Shown: piece after piece, positions 17,100-25,958 of the stretch | How positions within the stretch are numbered: the first letter of the stretch is position 1 | How the letters are laid out: every line of letters starts with the position of its first letter | From: Anaerolineales bacterium | Lineage (GTDB): Bacteria > Chloroflexota > Anaerolineae > Anaerolineales > UBA6663 | Direction: 5' to 3' | NCBI GenBank assembly: GCA_020850595.1 | Contig: JADZEK010000073.1 | Location: forward strand, 12,076 to 76,075 | DNA: 64,000 bases | Notes under the pieces: model-generated | Database searches by the model: none | What the model saw: the letters and a program-made list of their open reading frames with translations, nothing else | Told to the model about the DNA's origin: nothing | Position numbers and translations under genes: made by a program

Positions 17100-18290
17100 A
17101 TGCCCGCCAGCTCAAAACGGATCGTTGAGGCTTTCGCTCGGATGTCGCCGTTCATGAACTTCTTCCTGAACTCGACGTTCGCGCGCGAGGGCAATCGGCC
17201 TGGGGCGTGCGTGTTCGTGGCTGGCGATCCGTGGGAAGGCCCGCCGCTCGGTTTTGTGGAGAGCCTTCAGCGCGCGGCCGTGCCGCAGAACCCCAATTGG
17301 TTCGGCTATCGCAACTATGTGCCAGAGGCGCAGGCGGCGGTGGCAGCCGGGCTGCGCGCTCGCACCGGCCTGGCCTACGCCGACGAAGATGTGCTCCTCA
17401 CCAACGGTGCATTCGCCGGGCTGGCGGCGCTCTGCCTGGCCGTGCTTGACCCCGGCGACGAGGTAATTTTCAACAGCCCGCCCTGGTTCTTCTATGAAAG
17501 CATGCTCGCTGGCAGCGGGGCAGTGCCGGTGCGCGTGCGCGTGCGCGCCGACGACTACGACCTAGACCTGGCCGCCCTCGAGGCCGCGCTGACGCCGCGC
17601 ACGCGGGCCGTGTTGGTCAACTCGCCCAACAACCCCACCGGCCGCATCTATCCGCCCGCCACGCTGCAAGCCCTGGCAGACCTGCTCACCCGCGCCTCGG
17701 CTCGCCTGGGCCGCGTGCTCTACCTCATCTCCGATGAAGCCTACAAGCACATCCTCTTCGATGGCCGCAAGCATTACAGCCCGGCGCTCTACTACCCGCA
17801 CACGCTGGTGGTCTATACCTATGGCAAAACCTTGCTCACCCCCGGCCAGCGCCTGGGCTATCTGGCGCTGCCGCCCGACATGCCGGCCGCCGACCGCGCC
17901 GAGCTGCGCCAGACCATTTTTGGCGCGCAATTCCTCATCGGCTTTGCTTTCCCCAATGCGCTGCTGCAATATGTGCTGCCGGAGCTGGAGCAGCAGCACG
18001 TTGACCTCACGCGCCTGGAGCGTCGCCGCGACCGCTTCATTCGGGCGCTGCGCGGCATGGGCTACTCGGTGCACCAGCCTGAGGGCGCATTCTACCTGTT
18101 GCCGCGCTCGCCCATCCCCAACGACTGGGCCTTCACGGAGCAGTTGGCGGCGCGCCAGGTCTTTGTGCTGCCCGGCCAGGCGGTCGAGATGCCCGGCTTC
18201 TTCCGCATCTCGCTCACCGGCAGCGACGACATGGTAGATCGCGCGCTGCCGGCCTTCGCAGAAACACTGGCGGGGCTGAACGCCGGGTAG
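17100..18290 (+). CDS. PLP-dependent aminotransferase class I/II
   Basis: Start chosen at MPASSKR: GGAG lies 7 nt upstream and TATAAT about 35 nt upstream. Carries NSPNNPTG and a KT motif typical of the AAT family. Confidence 0.8.
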   Translation: MPASSKRIVEAFARMSPFMNFFLNSTFAREGNRPGACVFVAGDPWEGPPLGFVESLQRAAVPQNPNWFGYRNYVPEAQAAVAAGLRARTGLAYADEDVLLTNGAFAGLAALCLAVLDPGDEVIFNSPPWFFYESMLAGSGAVPVRVRVRADDYDLDLAALEAALTPRTRAVLVNSPNNPTGRIYPPATLQALADLLTRASARLGRVLYLISDEAYKHILFDGRKHYSPALYYPHTLVVYTYGKTLLTPGQRLGYLALPPDMPAADRAELRQTIFGAQFLIGFAFPNALLQYVLPELEQQHVDLTRLERRRDRFIRALRGMGYSVHQPEGAFYLLPRSPIPNDWAFTEQLAARQVFVLPGQAVEMPGFFRISLTGSDDMVDRALPAFAETLAGLNAG

Positions 18291-18319
18291 CTGCCGCGGC
18301 TCACCCGCGCCATACAAAC

Positions 18320-18354
18320 CAACGGGCCGGTCATCCGCTTGACCGGCCCGTTGT
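18320..18354. terminator. Bidirectional hairpin between convergent genes
   Basis: Perfect inverted repeat CAACGGGCCGGTCA / TGACCGGCCCGTTG with a 6-nt loop. Coordinates approximate. Confidence 0.5.
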
Positions 18355-18483
18355 CTTAGTCTTCGCCTGTATCCCCCGGCTTCCCGGCCTCCTACCGCAC
18401 TCAGATGGTCACCTGCTCCGGCTCCATACTGTCGCGCACGGCCGCTGGAAGCAGCGCTGGTCAATGTTCTGGCCGGCGGGCGC

Positions 18484-19476
18484 CTAATCCAGCGTGCGGC
18501 GCGCCAGCACGGCCGCGCCGACCACGCCCGAAGCGTCCTTCAGCCCGGCGGGCACAATACGTATCGCGCGCACGTTGCGCTGGTTGATGGCATTGGCGTA
18601 AGCCACCGCGCGGATCGGCGCGATGAATCGGCGGCCCAGCCGCTCGGTAACGCCCCCGCCGAAGACGATCATCTGCGGGTCGAGGATGTTGATGAGGTTG
18701 CCCGCCAGCAGGCCCAGCGCGTGCTGGGCCGTCGCCAGCACGTCGGCCATCAGTGCGTCCTGCTGGCGCAGCGCCTGGTAAATCACGCTGCTCGTCAGCC
18801 GGCCGCCGCCCAGCGTATTCATCAGTTCAGGCACCACGCTGGCGCGCCCAGCGGCCACCTGGGCCTTGATCTGCTGCTCCATGCCCGTGCGGCTCGCCAG
18901 CGGCTCCACCGCCCCCGGCTGGCCGGTCTTGTCCAGCACGCCGTTGTCGCCCGCCACCACCGAGTGGCCCACCTCGCCTGCGCTGCCGCGCCAGCCGGTG
19001 CGCAGTTGGCCGCCCAGCACCAGCCCGCCGCCCACGCCCGTGCCGACGAATACGGCCACCATATCGTCCAGGCCCCGGCCCGCGCCATGGGTGTGCTCGC
19101 CCAGCGCGCCCACGCGCACGTCGTTGTCCAGCCGCACCGGCAGCCCCAGCCGCGCGCGCAGCTCGTCGCCCAGCGGCAGGTTGGTCCAATCTGGCCCCAG
19201 GTTCACGGCCAGGCGCACCACGCCGCGTTCGGCGTCAATGGGGCCGGGCACGCCGACCCCCACGCCGCCTACGTCGCGCGGGCGCAGTTCGGCCAGCTTG
19301 AGCGCCTTGCGGATCGCGTCGGCCAGCCGGTCAATTACGGCCGGGCCGCCTTGTTCGGGGTGTGTCTTGCGCTTCTCCAGCGCCAAGATCTCGCCATCGG
19401 CCGCCACCACGCCCGCGCGCAGGCTGGTGCCGCCCAGGTCCACTCCAACAAAGGGCCGGCGCTTCTGCTTCGACAT
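18484..19476 (-). CDS. ROK-family sugar kinase (glucokinase-like)
   Basis: 330 aa. VGVDLGGT N-terminus and the ROK signature. Confidence 0.85.
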   Translation of the reverse strand: MSKQKRRPFVGVDLGGTSLRAGVVAADGEILALEKRKTHPEQGGPAVIDRLADAIRKALKLAELRPRDVGGVGVGVPGPIDAERGVVRLAVNLGPDWTNLPLGDELRARLGLPVRLDNDVRVGALGEHTHGAGRGLDDMVAVFVGTGVGGGLVLGGQLRTGWRGSAGEVGHSVVAGDNGVLDKTGQPGAVEPLASRTGMEQQIKAQVAAGRASVVPELMNTLGGGRLTSSVIYQALRQQDALMADVLATAQHALGLLAGNLINILDPQMIVFGGGVTERLGRRFIAPIRAVAYANAINQRNVRAIRIVPAGLKDASGVVGAAVLARRTLD

Positions 19477-19478
19477 GG

Positions 19479-21956
19479 CTATTCTCCTGGCGCTTCGACC
19501 AGCAGCCGGCGCAGGACCTTGCCCACGAAGTTTTTGGGCAGTTCCTTTACAAATTCAATCTTCCACGGCACGGCGTACTCTTCGAGCCGGCGCTTGCACA
19601 GCGCCATAAGCTCCTCCTCGCTCACGCTGGCGCCGTCGCGCAGCACCACGTAGGCCTTCACGCGCTGGAACGGCCACTTAGGCGGCTGCACCCCGACCAC
19701 CACCGCCTCGGCCACCTTGGGGCTTTCATAGAGCACTTCCTCCACGTCGCGTGGATAGACCTGCAAATCCCCGGCCAAGATCATTTCGCGCTTGCGGGCC
19801 ACCACCTCGAAGTAACCGTCCTCGTCCATGCGTGCCAGGTCGCCCGTCAGCAGCCAGCCGTCGCGGGTAAGCGGGTCGGCGGCGGTCTTGTCGGCGTTCC
19901 AGTAGCCCAGCATCACCTGCGGCCCGCGCACCGCCAACTCGCCCACCTTGCCGGGGCGCAGCGAGCGGCCATTCGCCAGGTCCACGATCTTCGCTTCGGT
20001 CGAAGGCAGCGGCAGGCCGATGGAGCCGATCTTGCGCAGGCTGCGCAGCGGATTGGCGTGCGTCACGGTGGTGGCCTCGGTCAGCCCATAGCCTTCCACC
20101 AGTCGGCCGCGCGTGAGCTTCTCGAACGCCTCCTGCGTTTCCACCGGCAGTGGCGCGGCCCCCGAAATGCAGGCTTTGATCGAATGAATACGGTACTGCC
20201 GCACCTTGGGGAAGTTGTTGATGGCCTGATACATGGTCGGCACGCCGGGGAAGATCGTCGGCCGGTAGCGCCGGATGGCCTGAAGCACCTCGCGTGTGCT
20301 GAAGGTCGGCAAGATGATCATGGCCGCCGCCAGCGCCACGGGCGTGTTCAGCGCCGTGGTCATGCCGTACACGTGTGAGAACGGCAGCACCGACACGAAG
20401 ACCTCTTTGCCTTCGGTCAGCGCCGGGATCCAGTGGCGAGTTTGCAGCGTGTTGGCCACCAGGTTGCGGTGCGAGAGCATGACGCCCTTAGGCTGGTCGG
20501 TGGTGCCGCTGGTATATTGGATCAGCGCCAGGTCGTGCGGCTGTACCTCGATTTCGGGCGCATGCGGGCCGTATTTGTACAGCTCAGCCGACAACAGCCA
20601 TAGCCCCGGTTCCAGCGGCAGGCGCAGGCGGTGCCCCTCCTGGGCCTCGCGCCGCAGCGAGAAAAGCAGGCGCTTAGGCTCGGGCAGATAGTCTTTAACG
20701 TTGGTGAAAATCACCTGCTCAAGCTGCGTGGCGGCCTTCACCTGCCGCGCCAGCGCCGCGTGCCGCGTCAGCGTCACCAGCACCCGCGCGCCCGAGTCGC
20801 GCACCTGCCGGGTCAATTCCTCCGGCTCCGACAGCGGCGTGGTAAATACCACCACCCCGGCCGCCTTGAGGATGCCGAAGTAGGCGATGACGGTTTGCGG
20901 CAGGTTGGGCAGCACCACCAGCACCCGGTCGCCGGGGCGCACGCCCAGCGCCCGCAGCCAGTTGGCAAATCGGCTCGATTCGCGGTTGAGCCGGCGATAG
21001 GTAATGATGCCGCCTTCAAATAGCAGCGCCGGGTGTAGCGGAAAGCGCCGCGCCGAAGACCGCAGCACACGGTGCATAGGCACCGGCGGCACGCCGACGG
21101 TGTAGGGCACCTCGTCGTCGTAGTGGTCGAGCCACACCCGCTCCTGGCGCAGGCGGCGGCGGTCGTCGTCGTCTTCCATGCCGCGCCGCTGGCGGCCGCC
21201 CTCCACAAAGCGCTCGATGGCCCGGTTGACGGCCTCGCGCCGCTCAAGCATCACCATGTGGGCGCTGGCCCCCACGTCCACTTCCTCGGCGTTGGGCACC
21301 ACCCGCGCCACCGCCTCAAACGCCTCCTTGGTCAGCACCTTGTCGCGGTTACCGCGGATCACCAGCGTGGGCATCGTCAGGCTGCGCAGCAGCGTCCAGC
21401 CGTTCCACGAACGCACGGTGTTGGCGTTCATGGTGTGCAGCGTGTACGGCGAGGCGGCGATGAACCGCTTGGCCCACAGGGTGTAGAGCAGGTTCATCAC
21501 CGGCACCGGCAGCCGCAGCGCCAGCGCGGTGGGCGCGTCGAGCTTGTACTCGCCGCCGCTGGCGATGAGCACCAGCCGCTCAATCTGCTCGGGGTGCGCC
21601 CCGGCATATTCGGCCACAATCGCCCCGCCGAACGAGTGGCCGATCAGCACGAACTTTTCGGGCACGGCCAGCTTCGCCAGCGCCCGCTGGATGTCGTCTA
21701 TGATCGAGGCCATGCGGTAGTCCGAGTGCGGCTTGTCGCTCAGGCCGTGGCCGCGCAGGTCTAGCGCGATGACACGCGAGTCCTCGGAGAATTTTTGTAG
21801 CTGGTAGCGCCACTGCCGCGCGTTGCCGGCGAACCCGTGAATGAACACCATGGTGCGTTTGGGCCGGTCGGGGGCCATGTCAATAGCGCTCAGGCGCACC
21901 AGCGGCTGTTCTGAAATGCGCACCTCGCGCCGGTATAGTTCGATGTCTACATCCAT
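19479..21956 (-). CDS. Fusion protein: N-terminal alpha/beta-hydrolase plus C-terminal long-chain acyl-CoA synthetase (AMP-binding)
   Basis: 825 aa. Residues about 1-270 carry HGFAGN...GHSFGG (nucleophile elbow). Residues about 300-825 carry YTSGTTDQPKGV and the other adenylation motifs. Confidence 0.8.
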   Translation of the reverse strand: MDVDIELYRREVRISEQPLVRLSAIDMAPDRPKRTMVFIHGFAGNARQWRYQLQKFSEDSRVIALDLRGHGLSDKPHSDYRMASIIDDIQRALAKLAVPEKFVLIGHSFGGAIVAEYAGAHPEQIERLVLIASGGEYKLDAPTALALRLPVPVMNLLYTLWAKRFIAASPYTLHTMNANTVRSWNGWTLLRSLTMPTLVIRGNRDKVLTKEAFEAVARVVPNAEEVDVGASAHMVMLERREAVNRAIERFVEGGRQRRGMEDDDDRRRLRQERVWLDHYDDEVPYTVGVPPVPMHRVLRSSARRFPLHPALLFEGGIITYRRLNRESSRFANWLRALGVRPGDRVLVVLPNLPQTVIAYFGILKAAGVVVFTTPLSEPEELTRQVRDSGARVLVTLTRHAALARQVKAATQLEQVIFTNVKDYLPEPKRLLFSLRREAQEGHRLRLPLEPGLWLLSAELYKYGPHAPEIEVQPHDLALIQYTSGTTDQPKGVMLSHRNLVANTLQTRHWIPALTEGKEVFVSVLPFSHVYGMTTALNTPVALAAAMIILPTFSTREVLQAIRRYRPTIFPGVPTMYQAINNFPKVRQYRIHSIKACISGAAPLPVETQEAFEKLTRGRLVEGYGLTEATTVTHANPLRSLRKIGSIGLPLPSTEAKIVDLANGRSLRPGKVGELAVRGPQVMLGYWNADKTAADPLTRDGWLLTGDLARMDEDGYFEVVARKREMILAGDLQVYPRDVEEVLYESPKVAEAVVVGVQPPKWPFQRVKAYVVLRDGASVSEEELMALCKRRLEEYAVPWKIEFVKELPKNFVGKVLRRLLVEAPGE

Positions 21957-21983
21957 AGGGGGTATCCGCGAGAAAGGCGGCGC

Positions 21984-22394
21984 TTAGCCGCCGAGCAGGG
22001 CGCTCGCGCGCGCCCAGAGCGGCGGGCCGAGCACCAGCAGGCCGACGAGGACTGCGGTGGCGGCCCCCACCAGCACGGCCGCCGCGGCCACGTCTTTGCC
22101 GACCTTGGCCAGCGGGTGCAGGTCGGGCGAGGCCAAATCCACCACCGCTTCCAGCGCGGTGTTGACGAACTCCGCCATCCACACCAGACCCACGGTCAGC
22201 ACCAGGATGGCCCACTCCAGCCGGCCCAAGCCCAACAGCAGCCCCAGCGCGAACACGACCGTGGAGACGACGGCGTGAATCCACGCGTTGCGCTGGGTGC
22301 GCAGCATGTACCACCAACCCGCGAAGGCAAAGCGAAACGATGCCAGCCGCGACGGCGCGGGGCGCAGCGGTGGTTGCGCGGGCGGTTGGAACAT
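21984..22394 (-). CDS. dgkA: Diacylglycerol kinase
   Basis: 136 aa, three TM helices, overall DgkA-like sequence. Confidence 0.8.
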   Translation of the reverse strand: MFQPPAQPPLRPAPSRLASFRFAFAGWWYMLRTQRNAWIHAVVSTVVFALGLLLGLGRLEWAILVLTVGLVWMAEFVNTALEAVVDLASPDLHPLAKVGKDVAAAAVLVGAATAVLVGLLVLGPPLWARASALLGG

Positions 22395-22434
22395 GCCGTC
22401 GAGTGTAGTGTATGTAAGCGAAAAGAGAAAGAGA

Positions 22435-23394
22435 TCAGGCCGGAGTGTCAGGCAGGGAGCCGGCGGCGGCCGCTGATCTGCCCAGCAGGTAGCGCTCGCT
22501 GGCCGGGGCCAGGTGGGTCAGGTTGGTCAGGCCCGCGCTGAAAGCCGCCCGCTCGGCGCCGATCACGAGGGTCGGCACCCGGTTGAGCGTGTGGTGGCGG
22601 TGGTCAAGCGCCTCCAGATTCCCGTGGTCGGACGTAATCACAATCAGCCCGGCGGCGTCATCCCAGGCGGCCAGCAGCCCGCTCAACACCGCGTCGAACG
22701 TCGCCAACAGCTCGCGCGCCTCGTCCAGCGTGCCGCGGTGGCCCACGTAGTCGGTCAGCCAGTACTCGAAGAAGGCAAAGTCATACTCACCCGCCAGCGC
22801 AGCCAGCCTGGCTCCCGCCTCGGTGGGCGTATAGGGCTTCTGGCCCTCTGGCCGGCTCTCAGGCCACCCCGCGCCGGTGAAGTCCGCGCTCAGGGCCCGC
22901 CCGGCGTCCAGGTCATCGGCGGTGAACAGCGGCAGCCCGGCGGCCGTCACCGCCAACGGAATGGCGCTGTAGCTGCGCCGCCCCGAGGCGATGGCGTCGA
23001 AGTAGCGCTGCGGGTAGGCGTTGAGCAGTGCGGCGCGCTTGCCCGCCGCCGTCAGCCGGCTGAACACGCTGCCCTCGCGCACAATGGCGGCGACGGCGGC
23101 GTTGGGCTTCGGCCCCCAATGCGCGCCGATCTCCTGGGGCACGTTGCGGCCGGTCAGGATGGCCGCCTGCCCGCTGGCCGATTGCGGCGGCCCGGCGATG
23201 CCTAGTCCGGCGTCGGTGGCGATAAAACGCGCGCGGCCGTAGTCGCCGCCGGGCGTGGCCGCCAGCGGGCGCTGCCTGCCCAGCAGTTGGCTGAGGTTGG
23301 GCATGGCGGCGGTGGCGAAGGGGTTGTTGGCCGCGTCGTCCGCGCCCAGGCCCACGCCATCCAGGAAGATGAACAGGATGCGGCGGCCGGTCAT
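22435..23394 (-). CDS. Alkaline-phosphatase-superfamily metalloenzyme (iPGM/phosphopentomutase-like)
   Basis: 319 aa. ILFIFLDGVG N-terminus and a C-terminal VITSDHGN motif. Confidence 0.6.
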   Translation of the reverse strand: MTGRRILFIFLDGVGLGADDAANNPFATAAMPNLSQLLGRQRPLAATPGGDYGRARFIATDAGLGIAGPPQSASGQAAILTGRNVPQEIGAHWGPKPNAAVAAIVREGSVFSRLTAAGKRAALLNAYPQRYFDAIASGRRSYSAIPLAVTAAGLPLFTADDLDAGRALSADFTGAGWPESRPEGQKPYTPTEAGARLAALAGEYDFAFFEYWLTDYVGHRGTLDEARELLATFDAVLSGLLAAWDDAAGLIVITSDHGNLEALDHRHHTLNRVPTLVIGAERAAFSAGLTNLTHLAPASERYLLGRSAAAAGSLPDTPA

Positions 23395-23396
23395 GC

Positions 23397-23921
23397 TCAG
23401 GCGGCGCCCGGCGCGATCGTCTGCTGGTCGAGCCAGTAGAGCACCCGCGCCCGGTCGAGGATCAGCGTGTACTCCTCTTCCTTGCCGCCATAGCTGTTGA
23501 AGAGCAGAAACGAAGGAGTGAAGATCACGCGGTAGCGCTCGGCCAGCTTGCGGCTGATGGGGTCATTGATGTTGACGCGCAGAATTTGCAGACGGTGCCC
23601 GGCGTCGGTTTCCAGCCGGTCCATGGCAGGCCGCATGGCCATGCACACCCCGCAGTTCTCGCTGTAGAACTCCAGCAGGGTGGGGCGGGTGTCGCGCAGC
23701 GCCTTGTCAAAGGCAGCCAGGTCGTCGAATCTCGCCAGCTTGGCGCGCGGCGTGCGCAGCCCGAAGAACGCCACTATCGCCGTGGCGCCGTACAGCGCTA
23801 GCCCGCCTAGCTCCCAGCCGGTCAGCCCGTCGCGGGCCAAGAGCGCGGTGAGCAGCGCCAGGCCGCCCAGCGCCACCCAGATGTAAGAGTTATGCGAGAA
23901 CAAGCGCAGCAAGGCGTTCAT
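23397..23921 (-). CDS. Membrane-anchored thioredoxin-like protein
   Basis: 174 aa. Two N-terminal TM helices, then a CGVC redox motif in a thioredoxin fold. Confidence 0.7.
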   Translation of the reverse strand: MNALLRLFSHNSYIWVALGGLALLTALLARDGLTGWELGGLALYGATAIVAFFGLRTPRAKLARFDDLAAFDKALRDTRPTLLEFYSENCGVCMAMRPAMDRLETDAGHRLQILRVNINDPISRKLAERYRVIFTPSFLLFNSYGGKEEEYTLILDRARVLYWLDQQTIAPGAA

Positions 23922-24019
23922 TAGTGATGAGTCTACGTCCCGCTAGCCCGTCTGATTTTACCACCGGCGGTGCGGCGGCCGGGCTAGCCCATTGGCCCCA
24001 CGCCCGCGGGCCGGCCGGC

Positions 24020-24721
24020 CTACCCGGTCAGCTCGGCCAGCAGCGCCTGCACCCAGCGCACCTCATCGCTGTTCACGGTGTGGGCCATGTTGTGGTACAG
24101 CCGCGCCGTCACCGCGCCGCCCAGCTTTCGCAGCACCGCGGCGCTGTGTTCCACCCGCGCCGCCGGGATATGCGGATCTACGTCGCTGCACCCCAGGAAG
24201 ACCGGCGTGCCTGCCAGGCTGCCAGGATAGTCGCGCGGAGTCTCGTCTGGGCCGAGGAGGCCGCCGCTCAGGCCCACCACGCCACCGTAGCGCTGGGCGT
24301 GCCGCGCCACGTACTCGGTGGCCAGGCATGCGCCCTGCGAGAAGCCCAATAGCACGGTCTTTTCCGGCGGCCGGCCGGCCGCCGCCACTTGCGCCAGCAC
24401 CGCGCCCACTTTGTCTAGCGCGCTGCTCAGCCAAGGCTCGTTGGCTTCCAGCGGCTCCATGAAGCGATACGGGTACCAGGTTCTGTTGGCGGCTTGCGGC
24501 GCCCAGTAGGCGGCCGCGGGCTGGTTGAACTCCGCCGCCAGAGTCAGCATGTCGGAGGCCGAGGCGCCGCGCCCATGCACCAGCACCACGCCCACGCGGG
24601 CCTGGGCCGCCGGCACCCCGGCCGTCAGCACCGGCTGGCCGCCATGCAGCTTGTCGTTGGCGCTCACTTGACGCTTCCCTGAATGTTGTGCAGCCCCAGG
24701 ATGGTCATGGGCATTCCTCAT
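24020..24721 (-). CDS. Phospholipase/carboxylesterase-family alpha/beta hydrolase
   Basis: VLVHGRGAS...GFSQGA...HxxxD pattern. The ORF track extends to 24907, but that extension is a Trp/Arg-rich artefact. ATG at 24721 is chosen, with an alternative GTG at 24667. Confidence 0.65.
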   Translation of the reverse strand: MRNAHDHPGAAQHSGKRQVSANDKLHGGQPVLTAGVPAAQARVGVVLVHGRGASASDMLTLAAEFNQPAAAYWAPQAANRTWYPYRFMEPLEANEPWLSSALDKVGAVLAQVAAAGRPPEKTVLLGFSQGACLATEYVARHAQRYGGVVGLSGGLLGPDETPRDYPGSLAGTPVFLGCSDVDPHIPAARVEHSAAVLRKLGGAVTARLYHNMAHTVNSDEVRWVQALLAELTG

Positions 24722-24770
24722 GGCCGGTCGCGCTGCGGCCAATGGATATCCAGGCGGTCGGGGGTAGGCC

Positions 24771-25286
24771 TCACGCGCCCGCCGGCTGGGTTTCCTTCTC
24801 CAACTCAGCCAACAGGTCGCCCAGGTCGAGCGGGTCGCTCGCCATCGCCAGCGCGCCGTCTCCCAGACGCGGCCACTCCTCGCGCGGCCGGTCGCGGTAG
24901 ATCTCAATGCCGTTGCCGTCGGGGTCGCGCAGGTAAATGGCCTCGCTCACCAGGTGATCCGCCCCGCCGTCTATCGGCCAGTGGTGGTCAATCAGGCGCT
25001 TGAGGGCGCGCGCCAGCTCCAGCCGGCTGGGGTAGAGGATGGCAAAGTGATACAGCCCAGTGGCGCCGGGTGCGGGCGGCCGGCCGTTGCGGCTCTCCCA
25101 GGTGTTCAGGCCCAGGTGATGATGGTAACCCCCAGCCGAGAGGAAGGCGGCGCTGTTGCCCATGCGTTGCATCACCTCGAAGCCGAAAAGCTCGGTGTAG
25201 AACCGCACGGCGCGATCCAGGTCGGCCACCTTCAGGTGCACGTGCCCAATAAACGTCTGCGGATGAATGGCGGGTTGGTTAGACAT
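24771..25286 (-). CDS. VOC-family (glyoxalase/dioxygenase-like) protein
   Basis: 171 aa. HVHLKVADLDRAVRFY and two beta-alpha-beta-beta-beta modules. Confidence 0.8.
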   Translation of the reverse strand: MSNQPAIHPQTFIGHVHLKVADLDRAVRFYTELFGFEVMQRMGNSAAFLSAGGYHHHLGLNTWESRNGRPPAPGATGLYHFAILYPSRLELARALKRLIDHHWPIDGGADHLVSEAIYLRDPDGNGIEIYRDRPREEWPRLGDGALAMASDPLDLGDLLAELEKETQPAGA

Positions 25287-25377
25287 TTTAGTCGGCTTTC
25301 TATTTGGGCTGCGCTGGCAGCCAGGTTATGGGCGCGGTGTGCCAACTCGATCAGGTGGGCGGCGAGGGGCCGGCGCG

Positions 25378-25725
25378 TCAGCGCGCGGCGCTGCGCCCGG
25401 CGGCGGCGGGCGTCAGCCAGGCGCGGCCCCAGGCGTTCAGCCCGTCCACAATCGGCCCCAGATCGCGGCCCATAGCGGTGAGCGTGTAAGCGACTGGCAG
25501 CCGGTCGTCCTCGGCGTGGCGCGCCACCAGCCCGGCCTGCTCCAACTCCTTCAGCCGCTGGCTGAGGGTAGCCGGGTTCAGGCCGCCCAGTTTATCTTGC
25601 AGCTCGCAGAAGCGCAGTTGGCCGGGGGCGGCCGCGTGCAGATAGTGCACGATCAGCAGCGCCCACTTGCGGCCCAGCAGGTCGCTGGCGGCCGTAATCG
25701 GGCAGAACTTGGCCTTGGTATCCAT
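25378..25725 (-). CDS. HxlR-family transcriptional regulator
   Basis: CPI...LLGRKWALLIV... winged-helix HxlR signature. Start taken at MDTKAK. Confidence 0.8.
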   Translation of the reverse strand: MDTKAKFCPITAASDLLGRKWALLIVHYLHAAAPGQLRFCELQDKLGGLNPATLSQRLKELEQAGLVARHAEDDRLPVAYTLTAMGRDLGPIVDGLNAWGRAWLTPAAAGRSAAR

Positions 25726-25886
25726 CACCCACTCCCCGGGTAGCCTCACCTGCTATGAATGCTATAGCACTATGATTAATATAGTATCAGCGCCTGCCCC
25801 CGCGTGCGGCCTCCGGCGGCGCGGGCCGCCCGATCATCGGCCGCGCCAGTGTCAATCTTCAGCTTAGAGCTTGGCCGCACGTCAGT

Positions 25887-25916
25887 TTGACAAATCGCGC
25901 CGCGGCATGCTACAGT
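25887..25916 (+). promoter_or_regulatory. Sigma70-like promoter upstream of the EF-G paralog
   Basis: TTGACA, 18 nt spacer, TACAGT. GGAGG SD about 12 nt before the ATG at 25959. Confidence 0.4.
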
Positions 25917-25958
25917 CTTAACCCCTAGACTGCAGTACCAGCGGAGGACTCAGGCCTT

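Noticed and set aside
24722-24907. N-terminal extension of the carboxylesterase ORF (MRSTATGRARSGRVWETARWRWR...)
   Set aside because: Trp/Arg-rich extension with no homology and no SD. The conserved hydrolase fold begins after the internal ATG/GTG, so the upstream part is treated as non-coding.
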